A DNA stretch of 64,000 bases from Verrucomicrobiota bacterium (GTDB lineage Bacteria > Verrucomicrobiota > Verrucomicrobiia > Limisphaerales > AAA164-E04), in contig CP170459.1 of the NCBI GenBank assembly GCA_047947115.1, forward strand, positions 416,001-480,000, given 5' to 3'. The position numbers and the translations under genes were made by a program. Of the stretch, positions 33,249 through 44,832 are shown piece after piece (position 1 is the stretch's first letter; the number at the start of each line of letters is the position of its first letter). The notes under the pieces are model-generated. The model made no database searches. It was given only the letters and a program-made list of their open reading frames with translations, and was not told where the DNA came from.

Positions 33249-34661
33249 ATGACACCGTCAGATTCAAACAGGAGACGCATTCCGTCCATCGACACCTTGA
33301 TGAGACAAACGGAATCCTATTCGATCCCGCGTTTGATCAGAAAACGGCTCATTCAAGACCGCATCCAACAATGGCGTGACTCGGGAGAAGTCCCTCCCGA
33401 ACAGGATCTGAATGACATCATCGAGAACGACCTGAATCGTTTCCTGCAGAACCGGCTCCAAACCGTCATCAATGGAACCGGTATCGTTCTCCACACGAAC
33501 CTGGGACGGGCTCCACTCCCCCAAGACCTGGCCGATCATCTTTCCAACACGGCGCTGGCTTACAGCAATCTGGAATTTGACCTGGCATCCGGCAAGCGAG
33601 GCAAACGCGGATTGAACGTTGAAAAATCATTGGCCGTTCTCGCGGAAGCCGAAGCAGCCACCGTGGTCAACAACTGCGCGGCAGCCCTGGTGTTGATGCT
33701 CAACACCTGCCGCACCGATTCCCGGGACGAAGTCATTGTTTCCCGAAGCGAACTGGTTCAAATAGGGGGTGGTTTCCGAATCCCGGAAATCCTCGAAACG
33801 GCGGGCGTCAAACTCAAGGAAGTCGGCACCACCAATCGAACCACCCTCAAAGACTACGCAAAGGCAACCGGCAACCGCACCGCCCTGATCCTGAAAGTTC
33901 ATCAAAGCAATTTCTACATGGATGGATTCGTGGAAACACCCCCGGTTGACGCATTGGTGCAGCTTGCAGTGAAGAACGAAATTCCCTTTGGTTTCGACCT
34001 GGGTTCCGGGGCGCTCATCGACACTCGAACCTGCTTCGGAATCGAACCCGAACCCACTCCGGCATCCATCATCGCACAAGGCGCACACATGGTTTGCTTC
34101 AGCGGGGACAAACTAATGGGCGGCCCCCAGGCAGGCGTTATTGCAGGATCAACCTCATGGATTGGAAAACTGAAATTGAATCCGTTTTTCCGAGCCCTGC
34201 GAGCCGATAAACTGGTCCTTTCAGCACTGGAATACACTGTCACCCAGCACCTGCAATCGTTGGACGATCCCGAATCTCGAACCACACCACATCTCCCCGC
34301 TTATCATTTGCTGTCCCAAACCATCAATCACCTTCAAGCCCGCGCCGAAGCCATGGTCCGCCGCGCTAAGCTTCCCAAAGAAGTGTTGCGTATCGAAGAA
34401 ACCGAAGCGGAGGTCGGCGGCGGAACCATGCCCAAAACACGCTTGCCTTCCGTAGCATTGGCCTTTTGCCCCTCTGGAATCAAACCGGAAAGGATCGCTC
34501 AATACTTTCGTGAAAACAATCCGCCGATTGTTGGCTACCTGCGAAGCAACGTACTCCAAATCAACCTGCGAACCATCTTATCAAATCAGGAATCCATCGT
34601 GATCGATTGCCTGAAAAAAGCATGGGAACACTTTGAAGGATTCAAACAAAGCAAATCATGA
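33249..34661 (+). CDS. selA: L-seryl-tRNA(Sec) selenium transferase
   Basis: [67 protein letters not shown]. Confidence 0.97.
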   Translation: MTPSDSNRRRIPSIDTLMRQTESYSIPRLIRKRLIQDRIQQWRDSGEVPPEQDLNDIIENDLNRFLQNRLQTVINGTGIVLHTNLGRAPLPQDLADHLSNTALAYSNLEFDLASGKRGKRGLNVEKSLAVLAEAEAATVVNNCAAALVLMLNTCRTDSRDEVIVSRSELVQIGGGFRIPEILETAGVKLKEVGTTNRTTLKDYAKATGNRTALILKVHQSNFYMDGFVETPPVDALVQLAVKNEIPFGFDLGSGALIDTRTCFGIEPEPTPASIIAQGAHMVCFSGDKLMGGPQAGVIAGSTSWIGKLKLNPFFRALRADKLVLSALEYTVTQHLQSLDDPESRTTPHLPAYHLLSQTINHLQARAEAMVRRAKLPKEVLRIEETEAEVGGGTMPKTRLPSVALAFCPSGIKPERIAQYFRENNPPIVGYLRSNVLQINLRTILSNQESIVIDCLKKAWEHFEGFKQSKS

Positions 34662-36619
34662 GCGCAGCCAAACGATCACTCCCCTTCATCATCGCAACGG
34701 CGGGCCACGTGGACCACGGCAAGAGCGCCGTGGTCAAGACCCTGACTCAAACCGACCCCGACCGCCTTCCCGAGGAAAAGAAACGGGGCATCACCATTGA
34801 CCTCGGCTTCGCGCAATGGATCTTGCAGGATCCCGAAAATCCTTCGGTTGAATACGACCTGGGCATGGTGGATGTCCCCGGACATGAGGACTTCGTCAAG
34901 AACATGGTAACAGGCGTCGGAGCGATCGATCTGGGATTGCTGGTGATCGCAGCCGATGACGGTTGGATGCCCCAGACAGAAGAACATTTTCAAATCCTGG
35001 AATACCTCGATGTCCCGGACCTTGTGATCGTCATGACCAAAGCAGACCTCGCCGATGCCGATGCCGAGTTTGTGATCGAGATGATCCGGGAAGAAATCCA
35101 GGACACCCGATTCGAAACAGCCCCAATCGTGGTCACTTCCACCAAAACCGGTGAAGGATTTGACCAACTGGGCGCCATCGTCGCCGAACGATTGCGCCCT
35201 TTGGGCTCTCGCACCGACTTGGGAAAACCCCGTCTCCCGGTTGACCGCGCTTTCACAGTCAAAGGTATGGGAACCATTGTCACGGGGGCATTGACAGGAT
35301 CCTCCTTCAAGGCGGATCAGGCCGTTTGCGTTCAACCCGGCAACATCCAGACAAAAATCAGGTCCATCCAACACCACCACGCACAGCAGGACTCCGCTCA
35401 ACCAGGCATGCGCATCGCCCTCAACCTGAGCGGACTGAGTGTTCGGCAAGGTCATGAAACCGCCAACACCTCCATTGGACGCGGACAGGTCGTCACCATC
35501 CCTGAACTTGGAACCGAAACCGATTGCTTCGATGCCGTCGCTTCCCGCAGCCAACGACTTCTCAAACCGGGCAAACATCCTTCCGGTCCACTGAAAAGCG
35601 GGACCCGCATACGCGTGCACCTGGGTTCCAACAACGTTCCTGGACGCATCGAATTCTCAAACCACGCCCCACTGCTGCCCGGAAACATCTCTCCGGCCAG
35701 GATCAAGCTTGAAAGACCCGTATTCGCATTGGAGGGAGATCGGTTCGTCATACGTGACTGGTCCCAGCAAGGCACCATCGCTGGCGGTCGTATCTGGGAC
35801 GCATCCAGCAGCCACGTCTCATTTAAATCCAAATCCCAACAGAACTACCTGAACAACCTATGTTCCCATCAGACAGATGTCGGCGAGTATCTGGCATCCC
35901 GTCTGGAAAGAGATGGAGGCGTTCAACTGGATGCGCTGCATCAAAAGGGCCACTGGACCGCCAAGCAACTGGCACGAGAAGCCGCAAAGCTCGTCAAAGA
36001 GAAAAAGGGGATCAAACGAGCAGAATGGTTATTGGATAACAATGGCTGGAACACAGCGCTTGAAGATTTTGCCAGGCAAGTCGAGGATTACCATCAACAA
36101 CACCCGGACATGCCGGGTTTCCCGATCGAAACAGCGCGCAAGATCCTGGGTAAAAACCTTCCCAGCCTCGATCTGTGGTCCGCGGCGTTGACTGAATTGG
36201 GCAAATCACTCGGCATCGAGCAGGCAGGAGAACATCTGTGCCACCAAAGCCACAGCGTTACACTCCCGGACCGCCTTCAATCCTTGGCAAAAAGCATCCT
36301 GAAAACACTATCCGAATCACCCAACGAACCACCGGCACGCAAACACCTCGACACATCACAGGACACAGGAGACACCATTCGTTGCCTGATCCGCATGAAG
36401 AAAGTGACGGAGATCGGCCCGGACCTCATCGTCCTCAGCGATGCCTACGACAACATGGTTCGCTGTATTCAAGCCACCATCAAACAGCAAGGACCTTCCA
36501 CGGTCAGCGCACTTCGTCAGGAACTGGGTGTTTCCCGGCGCATCGCCATTCCCCTGCTGGAAAAACTGGACAAAGAAGGACGAACCATCCGAGAAGGCGA
36601 CTTTAGAAATTGGAAATAG
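34658..36619 (+). CDS. selB: Selenocysteine-specific elongation factor
   Basis: TAGHVDHGKS, RGITIDLGF, DVPGHEDF, PVDRAFTVKGMGTIVTG; C-terminal winged helix SRRIAIPLLEKLD..T.REGD.R. Confidence 0.97.
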   Translation: MSAAKRSLPFIIATAGHVDHGKSAVVKTLTQTDPDRLPEEKKRGITIDLGFAQWILQDPENPSVEYDLGMVDVPGHEDFVKNMVTGVGAIDLGLLVIAADDGWMPQTEEHFQILEYLDVPDLVIVMTKADLADADAEFVIEMIREEIQDTRFETAPIVVTSTKTGEGFDQLGAIVAERLRPLGSRTDLGKPRLPVDRAFTVKGMGTIVTGALTGSSFKADQAVCVQPGNIQTKIRSIQHHHAQQDSAQPGMRIALNLSGLSVRQGHETANTSIGRGQVVTIPELGTETDCFDAVASRSQRLLKPGKHPSGPLKSGTRIRVHLGSNNVPGRIEFSNHAPLLPGNISPARIKLERPVFALEGDRFVIRDWSQQGTIAGGRIWDASSSHVSFKSKSQQNYLNNLCSHQTDVGEYLASRLERDGGVQLDALHQKGHWTAKQLAREAAKLVKEKKGIKRAEWLLDNNGWNTALEDFARQVEDYHQQHPDMPGFPIETARKILGKNLPSLDLWSAALTELGKSLGIEQAGEHLCHQSHSVTLPDRLQSLAKSILKTLSESPNEPPARKHLDTSQDTGDTIRCLIRMKKVTEIGPDLIVLSDAYDNMVRCIQATIKQQGPSTVSALRQELGVSRRIAIPLLEKLDKEGRTIREGDFRNWK

Positions 36620-36649
36620 TGAATAGTGAATAGTGAATGGTGAATTGGG
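36615..36649. repeat. Heptamer tandem repeat (AATAGTG)x3 plus 2 degenerate copies
   Basis: AATAGTG AATAGTG AATAGTG AATGGTG AATTGGG; the first unit contains the selB TAG stop. Confidence 0.85.
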
Positions 36650-36656
36650 GGGGGCG

Positions 36657-36690
36657 TCTACCTCAGGTAGATCGTGCCGTCCCCGGCGCG
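36657..36690 (+). repeat. REP-like palindromic element
   Basis: TCTACCT-C-AGGTAGA palindrome; GTAG followed by hairpin CGTGCCG-TCCC-CGGCGCG. Confidence 0.4.
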
Positions 36691-36845
36691 TCCCTCGGAG
36701 TGTCCAAATCACAATCACCTTCCGTTTCGGAAAGCCTACGGTTCCCAATACCCTAACGCCAATGAGAGCAGGCATGAAAGGGCTGTCAGGTTCCTACACA
36801 ACCGGCTTTCCTTTGCGCGGCAACATTGAGCAGGCATGCCACAAG

Positions 36846-36867
36846 GAACGGATCGAGAGATCCGTTC
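36846..36867. terminator. Hairpin between convergent selB and carB
   Basis: GAACGGATC-GAGA-GATCCGTTC perfect 9-bp stem 14 nt after the carB stop; no clear U-tract. Confidence 0.45.
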
Positions 36868-36881
36868 TGCCTAAGATGGAA

Positions 36882-38384
<1,503 letters not shown>

Positions 38385-38496
38385 ACGGATATCCAATTAA
38401 AAGCAGAAAGAAAACTTTGTCATTCATTTTCTATTCAAATTCACAACATCATGTCGTAAGGTCACTCCATCACCAAAAAGGAAAGCTGATATTCTC

Positions 38497-39828
38497 ATGG
38501 ACAGACGACATGCATTGAAGGGGATCGGACTTGGAGCCATCGGCGCCCTGGGACTCGGAAAAACAACTCCAGACGCCACCGCCCAGACTTACGAAAAAGC
38601 CACCCGCGGGCTGAAACCGCTCAAGATCACCAAGGTCCGGGCCATCACCACCAGCCCTATGAGCGCCCGATTGGTCATTATCAAGGTCGAAACAAGTGAG
38701 CCCGGTCTCTACGGCCTGGGATGCGGCACCTACAACCAACGTCCCCTCACCGTCGTCACAGCGGTGAACGAATACCTCGACGACTTTGCCCGCGGCCGTG
38801 ACGTCGACGATATCGAGGACATGTGGCAAAACGCCTACACCAGCTCCTACTGGCGGAACGGCCCCGTGCTGAACAACGCCCTGAGCGGACTGGACATGGC
38901 GCTCTGGGACATCAAGGGCAAACGCGCCAACATGCCCCTCTACCAATTGTTGGGCGGTCGCTCACGATTTGCCGTGGATTGTTATTCCCATGCAAGTGGC
39001 CGCGACTTCAAAGAACTCGAAGACAGTGTCCGGTCCAAAATGGAACAGGGCTTCCGACACATTCGCATACAGTTGGGCGGTTATGGTTCTTCCCATTTGT
39101 CATCTCAACCCCACTTTAAGGAAGCAGATTTTGGATTGGCATCCGATGGTCATATGGATTCCCTCCCCTACCTCAAAGCCACACCGAAGATGTTCGAACA
39201 CATCCGGTCCACCTGTGGGGATGACATCGAACTCCTGCACGATGTCCACGAACGCATCCGCCCCATCGAAGCGATCAATTTGCTGAAAGAACTCGAACAA
39301 TACCGGCCATTCTTCATCGAAGATCCCCTTTCCCCGGAACAAAACGGCTATTTCAAATACCTGCGCTCACAAACAAGCGTCCCCATCGCCATGGGCGAAT
39401 TGTTCAACAACCCGCACGAATGGGTGCCCTTGATCACAGAACGACTGATCGATTTTATACGTGTGCACATCACCCAGATCGGAGGATTCACTCCCGCCCG
39501 CAAACTGGCCACGCTGGCGGAACATTTTGATGTGCGCAGTGCCTGGCACGGTCCCGGCGACCTTTCACCTGTCGGCCATGCGGCCAACGCCCATCTGGAC
39601 ATGAACATCCACAACTTCGGCATTCAGGAAAGCGTTCATTTCAACGATGCCATGCGGGAAGTGTTTCCTGGAGCCCCCACCATGAAAAATGGCTACATGC
39701 ACCTTCCCGAAGCACCCGGACTGGGCATCGACATCAATGAAGAAGCCGCGGCAAAACATCCCTTCCCGGAACACCCCGGCTATTGGAGCCCCCTCCGCCG
39801 CCGGGACGGAACCGCGGTGCGTCCCTGA
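38497..39828 (+). CDS. Enolase-superfamily sugar-acid dehydratase (ManD/RspA-like) with a Tat signal
   Basis: MDRRHALK leader, YWRNGP, DMALWDIKGK, LLHDVHE, FFIED, GELF, WHGP.D.SP. Confidence 0.92.
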   Translation: MDRRHALKGIGLGAIGALGLGKTTPDATAQTYEKATRGLKPLKITKVRAITTSPMSARLVIIKVETSEPGLYGLGCGTYNQRPLTVVTAVNEYLDDFARGRDVDDIEDMWQNAYTSSYWRNGPVLNNALSGLDMALWDIKGKRANMPLYQLLGGRSRFAVDCYSHASGRDFKELEDSVRSKMEQGFRHIRIQLGGYGSSHLSSQPHFKEADFGLASDGHMDSLPYLKATPKMFEHIRSTCGDDIELLHDVHERIRPIEAINLLKELEQYRPFFIEDPLSPEQNGYFKYLRSQTSVPIAMGELFNNPHEWVPLITERLIDFIRVHITQIGGFTPARKLATLAEHFDVRSAWHGPGDLSPVGHAANAHLDMNIHNFGIQESVHFNDAMREVFPGAPTMKNGYMHLPEAPGLGIDINEEAAAKHPFPEHPGYWSPLRRRDGTAVRP

Positions 39829-39839
39829 TCTTTTTATAA

Positions 39840-41078
39840 ATGCAACCTCGTTTCCAAACATCAAGCCTCGTTCAAACCATGTGCCTTGGCGTGGCTCTGC
39901 TCCTAACAGCAGGTGCTCGGACTGCCAACGCCGAATGGAAACGCCACACCATTGACGATAGCTCGCAAGGGGCTGACGGCGTGCGACTCTGCGATGTCAA
40001 TGGAGACGGCCTGCTTGATATTGCCACGGGATGGGAAGAAGGTGGTCAGGTAAAAGTCTACCTTCACCCTGGGCATGACCACGTCAAGCAACCCTGGCCA
40101 TCGGTTATCGTCGGAGAAGTCCGATCCCCTGAAGACGCTGTCTTCATGGATGTGGACGGCAACGGTATCTTTGACGTGATCAGTTCGTGCGAAGGACAGA
40201 CAAGATCCGTGTTTGTCCACTGGGCGCCACAAACCACGGATCATTACCTCGATGCCAAACAATGGAAAACCGAACCCATCCCCTGCCTGGAAAAGCAAGC
40301 CATGTGGATGTTCGCCACACCTGCGGATCTCAATGGGAACGGTTCGACCGATCTGATCCTTGGGGCAAAAGGATCGGGCGCTCAGATAGGCTGGCTTGAA
40401 GCACCTGAGGAAAGAAGCGATCTAAACGCCTGGAAATGGCACCCAATCTGCGATGCCGGTTGGATCATGTCCATCATGACCTTTGATGCGGATCACGACG
40501 GAGATCTGGATATCCTTGTATCCGACCGGAAAGGCCCTGAGAGCGGCGCGTTGTGGTTGGAAAACCGTATCGAGCAAAAAGGAGTTGATTCTCCCCGGTC
40601 ATGGGAAGAACACCGCATCGGCCCCGTCGGAAACGAAGTGCTCTTTCTGGATTGGAAGGCCGATAAGAAAGGTTCAGGCATGACCGTCTGGATGTCGGTC
40701 AAGCCCAACCTCACCTGGCAACTCAAAGCGGACTCACCCTTCTCGACGCACTGGAAACTGGACGCATTCGAAATGCCCACATGGATGAGCCGCGCCAAAG
40801 CCGTTAGACAGGGCGACATCAATCAAGATGGGCAACCGGATATCGTTTTAACATGCGAAAGCGCTTCAGACGGTAAATCCGGCATGGCCTGGTTTACCCC
40901 CGCGGCATCGACCGACAACAACACACCGGTTTATCACGATATCGCCGGTCCGATGGGCATCAAATTCGATCGAATCGAAATACTCGATCTGGATGCGGAT
41001 GGCGACCTGGACGTCATGACCTGCGAGGAACGAGACAATCTGGGAGTGATCTGGTATGAGAACCCCCTCAACCATTGA
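39840..41078 (+). CDS. FG-GAP/VCBS repeat secreted protein
   Basis: Signal peptide; repeated D(V/L)(N/D)GDGxxD motifs; ends WYENP. Confidence 0.88.
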   Translation: MQPRFQTSSLVQTMCLGVALLLTAGARTANAEWKRHTIDDSSQGADGVRLCDVNGDGLLDIATGWEEGGQVKVYLHPGHDHVKQPWPSVIVGEVRSPEDAVFMDVDGNGIFDVISSCEGQTRSVFVHWAPQTTDHYLDAKQWKTEPIPCLEKQAMWMFATPADLNGNGSTDLILGAKGSGAQIGWLEAPEERSDLNAWKWHPICDAGWIMSIMTFDADHDGDLDILVSDRKGPESGALWLENRIEQKGVDSPRSWEEHRIGPVGNEVLFLDWKADKKGSGMTVWMSVKPNLTWQLKADSPFSTHWKLDAFEMPTWMSRAKAVRQGDINQDGQPDIVLTCESASDGKSGMAWFTPAASTDNNTPVYHDIAGPMGIKFDRIEILDLDADGDLDVMTCEERDNLGVIWYENPLNH

Positions 41079-41081
41079 ACC

Positions 41082-41552
41082 ATGAGAAGCAAAAACATCC
41101 ATCCTTACATCAAGCTGCTGTGCCTTGCATCATTACTATGGATGACAAGCGGCTGTTCCGGATTTCATCGTGCATGGAAAGCAGAGCAATCCAAAGCAAC
41201 AACGTACGCTAAAGAAGCATTGACAGGCGCATGGGAAGGCACCTGGCTCAGTGACGTGAACGGTCACCATGGCCGACTGAGAGCCCTGATCACCGAGAAT
41301 TCCGACGGCACCTATCACGCATGGTATCACGCAAAATACAAACGCATCCTCAGCTTCTCTTACTCGGTTGACATGGAAGCACAAGACATTCCCGCTGGCC
41401 ATGCTTTCAACGGAAAAGCCAATTTGGGCAAACTGGCCGGAGGCGTTTATGCCTATGAAGGCTTCGCCACCAATGGGATTTACAATGCCACGTATGATTC
41501 CAAATACGATCACGGCGTATTCAAGATGGAACGTCCATCTGCCGACGAGTGA
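41082..41552 (+). CDS. Hypothetical lipoprotein
   Basis: Lipobox TSGC, GAWEGTWLSDVNGHHGRL; 3-nt gap to the previous gene. Confidence 0.8.
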   Translation: MRSKNIHPYIKLLCLASLLWMTSGCSGFHRAWKAEQSKATTYAKEALTGAWEGTWLSDVNGHHGRLRALITENSDGTYHAWYHAKYKRILSFSYSVDMEAQDIPAGHAFNGKANLGKLAGGVYAYEGFATNGIYNATYDSKYDHGVFKMERPSADE

Positions 41553-41586
41553 ACCGGAACTGTAACGATAACCTTGAAAACAGCAC

Positions 41587-42942
41587 ATGCCTGCCGCCAT
41601 TAAATCCGAACTGAATCAGTTCATGAAAGGATTGATTCGCCGAAATCCCGGCGAACTCGAATTCCACCAGGCCGTTGAGGAAGTGGCCGCTTCTGTCCTT
41701 CCTTATATCCTTGAAAACCGGAAATACCGGGATGCTCAGATTTTGGAGCGAATGACCGAACCCGACCGCATCGTCATCTTCCGCGTCACATGGGAGGACG
41801 ACAAAGGTCGTGTCCGTGCCAATCGGGCATGGCGGGTTCAATTCAACAATTCCATCGGTCCGTATAAGGGAGGTTTTCGCTTCCACCCTTCGGTAACCCT
41901 GAGCGTACTGAAATTTCTGGGTTTTGAACAAGTCTTCAAGAACAGCCTCACCGGACTTCCCATGGGCGGAGCAAAAGGCGGTTCGAACTTCAATCCCAAA
42001 GGAAAAAGCGAACGCGAAGTCATGCGATATTGCCAATCATTGATGATTGAATTACATCGCCACATCGGAGAAGACACCGATGTTCCGGCTGGCGATATCG
42101 GGGTAGGAGCAAGGGAAATCTCGTTTTTATTCGGACAATACAAAAGACTGGAAAACCGCTTCACCGGCATCCTGACCGGAAAAGGTCTGTCCTTCGGCGG
42201 CAGCCTGGTCCGCAAGGAAGCCACCGGGTATGGCGCTGTCTATTTCTGCCAAAACATGCTCGAACGCAATGGCGACTCCCTGGAAGGAAAAAACGTTGCC
42301 GTCAGTGGTTCTGGCAACGTTGCCATATATACCGTTGAAAAGGCACTGGAGCTTGGAGCCAAAGTCCTGACCATTTCCGATTCCAGTGGATTCATTTATG
42401 ATCCCGATGGAATCGATGCCGAAAAACTTGAAGCCATCAAGGATCTCAAAGAGGTACAGCGAAAGCGCATTCACACATATACCAACCTTTTCCCCAAAGC
42501 TGAATTTCATGAGGGGAAACGCCCCTGGCATGTTCCCTGTCAAATCGCCTTTCCGTGCGCAACACAGAACGAACTAAATGAAGAAGAGGCAAAAGCATTG
42601 CTGAGCAATGGACTCATGGCCATTGCAGAGGGAGCCAACATGCCCACAGAACCCGGCGGCATACGCACTTTCAGAGATGCCGGAATCTTATATGCACCGG
42701 GCAAAGCCGCCAACGCGGGCGGTGTAGCGGTATCCGGACTGGAACAAAGCCAGAACGCCCTGCGCCTCTCCTGGAGCCGTGACGAAGTCGACGCCAAGCT
42801 CAAGCACATCATGCGAGACATACATGAAAAATGCGTCCTCAACGGCAAACAAGAAGACGGCACCGTTGACTACGTCCAAGGAGCCAACCTCTCTGGCTTC
42901 ATCAAAGTCGCCGAAGCCATGTTGGCGTATGGAGTCGTTTGA
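41587..42942 (+). CDS. gdhA: NADP-specific glutamate dehydrogenase
   Basis: EFHQAV, GPYKGGFRFHP, LPMGGAKGG, DVPAGDIGVG, GSGNVA, EGANMP, PGKAANAGGVAVS. Confidence 0.97.
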   Translation: MPAAIKSELNQFMKGLIRRNPGELEFHQAVEEVAASVLPYILENRKYRDAQILERMTEPDRIVIFRVTWEDDKGRVRANRAWRVQFNNSIGPYKGGFRFHPSVTLSVLKFLGFEQVFKNSLTGLPMGGAKGGSNFNPKGKSEREVMRYCQSLMIELHRHIGEDTDVPAGDIGVGAREISFLFGQYKRLENRFTGILTGKGLSFGGSLVRKEATGYGAVYFCQNMLERNGDSLEGKNVAVSGSGNVAIYTVEKALELGAKVLTISDSSGFIYDPDGIDAEKLEAIKDLKEVQRKRIHTYTNLFPKAEFHEGKRPWHVPCQIAFPCATQNELNEEEAKALLSNGLMAIAEGANMPTEPGGIRTFRDAGILYAPGKAANAGGVAVSGLEQSQNALRLSWSRDEVDAKLKHIMRDIHEKCVLNGKQEDGTVDYVQGANLSGFIKVAEAMLAYGVV

Positions 42943-43115
42943 TTGGTATTCACATTTTTTCAAAATATTGGAATTCCCATAGTAAATCATTCGTTAAGCA
43001 GATCCCTTTATACGGCTGTTGTGAACAGTTACACCACGAGAGGAGGCGACGGGACGCCACGTTTTGCCGCATTGGAACGCAGGGAAGGTGGGGTTGGTTA
43101 ATCCTCAAAGGATTC

Positions 43116-43550
43116 TTATTGGAGTTCGTCTGCCAGTTGGCAGATATAGTGGTAGTATGCGTCCACTTCCATGCCCAAGGCTGCGGCACCGAAACGCTCG
43201 GCATCTGAGTCGGAGGCGAATTTACCGTAATTAACGGCTACGAGCTGGTAAAGGACCAAGGCTGGCACGTCCTTTTTACGATCTTCAAAATGTTGGTGAA
43301 CAAGGATGACAAAACCATCCTCAGGTCGATCTCCGAGTGGTTGGGGATAGGCAAATTCACCGGCTTGAAGTTGGGTGGAATCAAACTTGATCGTGCAAGG
43401 GTATCGGACACATTCCCGATCATTCAATAGATCAAGCAGCGATTCCCAATTGAGATCGGGGCCGTAGGTGGCGTGGATAGCCAGCCCTTTATCATGAGCA
43501 TGATCACCCAATGCGCGCTCGGCATCCTGTGCATTCAATCGTTCGTTCAT
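43116..43550 (-). CDS. Hypothetical protein translationally coupled to the NrfD-like gene
   Basis: 144 aa with a 4-nt ATGA overlap with the upstream gene; plausible soluble composition. Confidence 0.75.
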   Translation of the reverse strand: MNERLNAQDAERALGDHAHDKGLAIHATYGPDLNWESLLDLLNDRECVRYPCTIKFDSTQLQAGEFAYPQPLGDRPEDGFVILVHQHFEDRKKDVPALVLYQLVAVNYGKFASDSDAERFGAAALGMEVDAYYHYICQLADELQ

Positions 43551-44827
43551 GCAGATAGATTCGTGGTTCGCGAAACGGATTCCTCCAAACGAAGGTCGTC
43601 GCGTTTTTTCCAGTCACCAGCATTGGAGAAGGTGAATTTCCCTTCAAGCACCGGCAGAGACATTCGAATGAACAAGGTGTAACAAAGCAGTCCAAATGCC
43701 CAAATTCCAAAACAGATCAGGGTCTCATTGAAAGTCGGGGTATAGTCGGTGATATCCCCCAGTGAAGTCGGAATGAATCCGGGAACAACCATCCCCATGC
43801 CTTTCTCGATCCATATCCCTACAATGGCCAAACAACATGCAACGTTCAGATACCGCAAACTGCGCGACTGAGGAAGGGCGAGCAGAATCATTGCCGTGAA
43901 ATTGAACACCACAGCCGTCCATATCCAGGGAACCAATGAATAATGTCCATGCAACCCGAAGTATAAATATTTCGCGGCGGAAACATGCAAGTTATCGGTG
44001 TAAAATTCTTTGAACAGTTCGTTAAGCAATAAGAAAATGTTCACGAACATCGCTACCTGAACAATACTCCGCAGGGTCAGGATGGCCTGATCAGGTATTT
44101 TGTAGGCTGTCACGCGTCGGATGCATTGAAATGCCAAAATAACCAATGCCGGCCCGGAAACAAAAGCGGAAGCGATGAACCTTGGGCCTACAATCGCGGT
44201 GTTCCAAAAGGGTTTCCCACCTAATCCAACATACAAAAAGGCGGTAACAGCGTGCAATGAGACGGCCCAGAAAACTGAAAAGAGAACAAACGGGATATAA
44301 AACCAGGCCCGGGGTTCATGGCCTTTGTAGCGGCTGTATAAAAGATGACCACAGATGTAAACGCTGAGCAGAAGGTATCCGTTCAGAACAATCACATCCC
44401 AACTCAACATGGATCCCGGAAAGTTCATTTTTCCTATACCGGGTATCAAATGCAAGAAGCGGTCCGGTCGTCCCAGATCCACAACCACAAACGCCAGACT
44501 CATGATGATGGCAGCCACCGCGAGAAGTTGACCGAAAATCACCAAGTCACTCAGTGATTTGTTTCGATAGATATACACGGGAATTGCCAGCATCACAGCC
44601 GCATCGGCAATGCCAACCATGAAAGTGAAATTGGCAATGTAAACACCCCAGGAGACATCGTTACTTAAGTCGGTAATGGCCAAACCATGCACAAGTTGTT
44701 TCATGTAGGCATTCAAACCGACGAGGCTAACAATAAACAGGAAAGCCAACCATCCATGGTAACGCCAGTCACCTTTGAGAGCGACTCGGCCGCATCGGAG
44801 CAGAAAAAGGAGATAGGAACGTATCAT
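43547..44827 (-). CDS. NrfD/PsrC-family quinol-interacting membrane subunit (DsrP/QrcD-like)
   Basis: About 10 TM helices, VSWGVYIANFTFMVG, DLGRPDRF, SMLSWDV, PRFIASAF, IWIEKG..VVPGF. Confidence 0.93.
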   Translation of the reverse strand: MIRSYLLFLLRCGRVALKGDWRYHGWLAFLFIVSLVGLNAYMKQLVHGLAITDLSNDVSWGVYIANFTFMVGIADAAVMLAIPVYIYRNKSLSDLVIFGQLLAVAAIIMSLAFVVVDLGRPDRFLHLIPGIGKMNFPGSMLSWDVIVLNGYLLLSVYICGHLLYSRYKGHEPRAWFYIPFVLFSVFWAVSLHAVTAFLYVGLGGKPFWNTAIVGPRFIASAFVSGPALVILAFQCIRRVTAYKIPDQAILTLRSIVQVAMFVNIFLLLNELFKEFYTDNLHVSAAKYLYFGLHGHYSLVPWIWTAVVFNFTAMILLALPQSRSLRYLNVACCLAIVGIWIEKGMGMVVPGFIPTSLGDITDYTPTFNETLICFGIWAFGLLCYTLFIRMSLPVLEGKFTFSNAGDWKKRDDLRLEESVSRTTNLSA

Positions 44828-44832
44828 GAGAA

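Noticed and set aside
34676..35620. 314-aa antisense ORF, and similar ones such as 38470..38946, 32650..33252 and 12186..12818
   Set aside because: They lie fully antisense to well-supported genes and are typical codon-bias shadows with no recognisable motifs.
36615..36649. Possible CRISPR array
   Set aside because: It is a 7-bp tandem repeat with no spacers, and no cas genes are present.
36620..36881. Possible tRNA-Sec (selC) after selB
   Set aside because: I found no TCA anticodon arm, no TTCGA T-loop and no cloverleaf on either strand.
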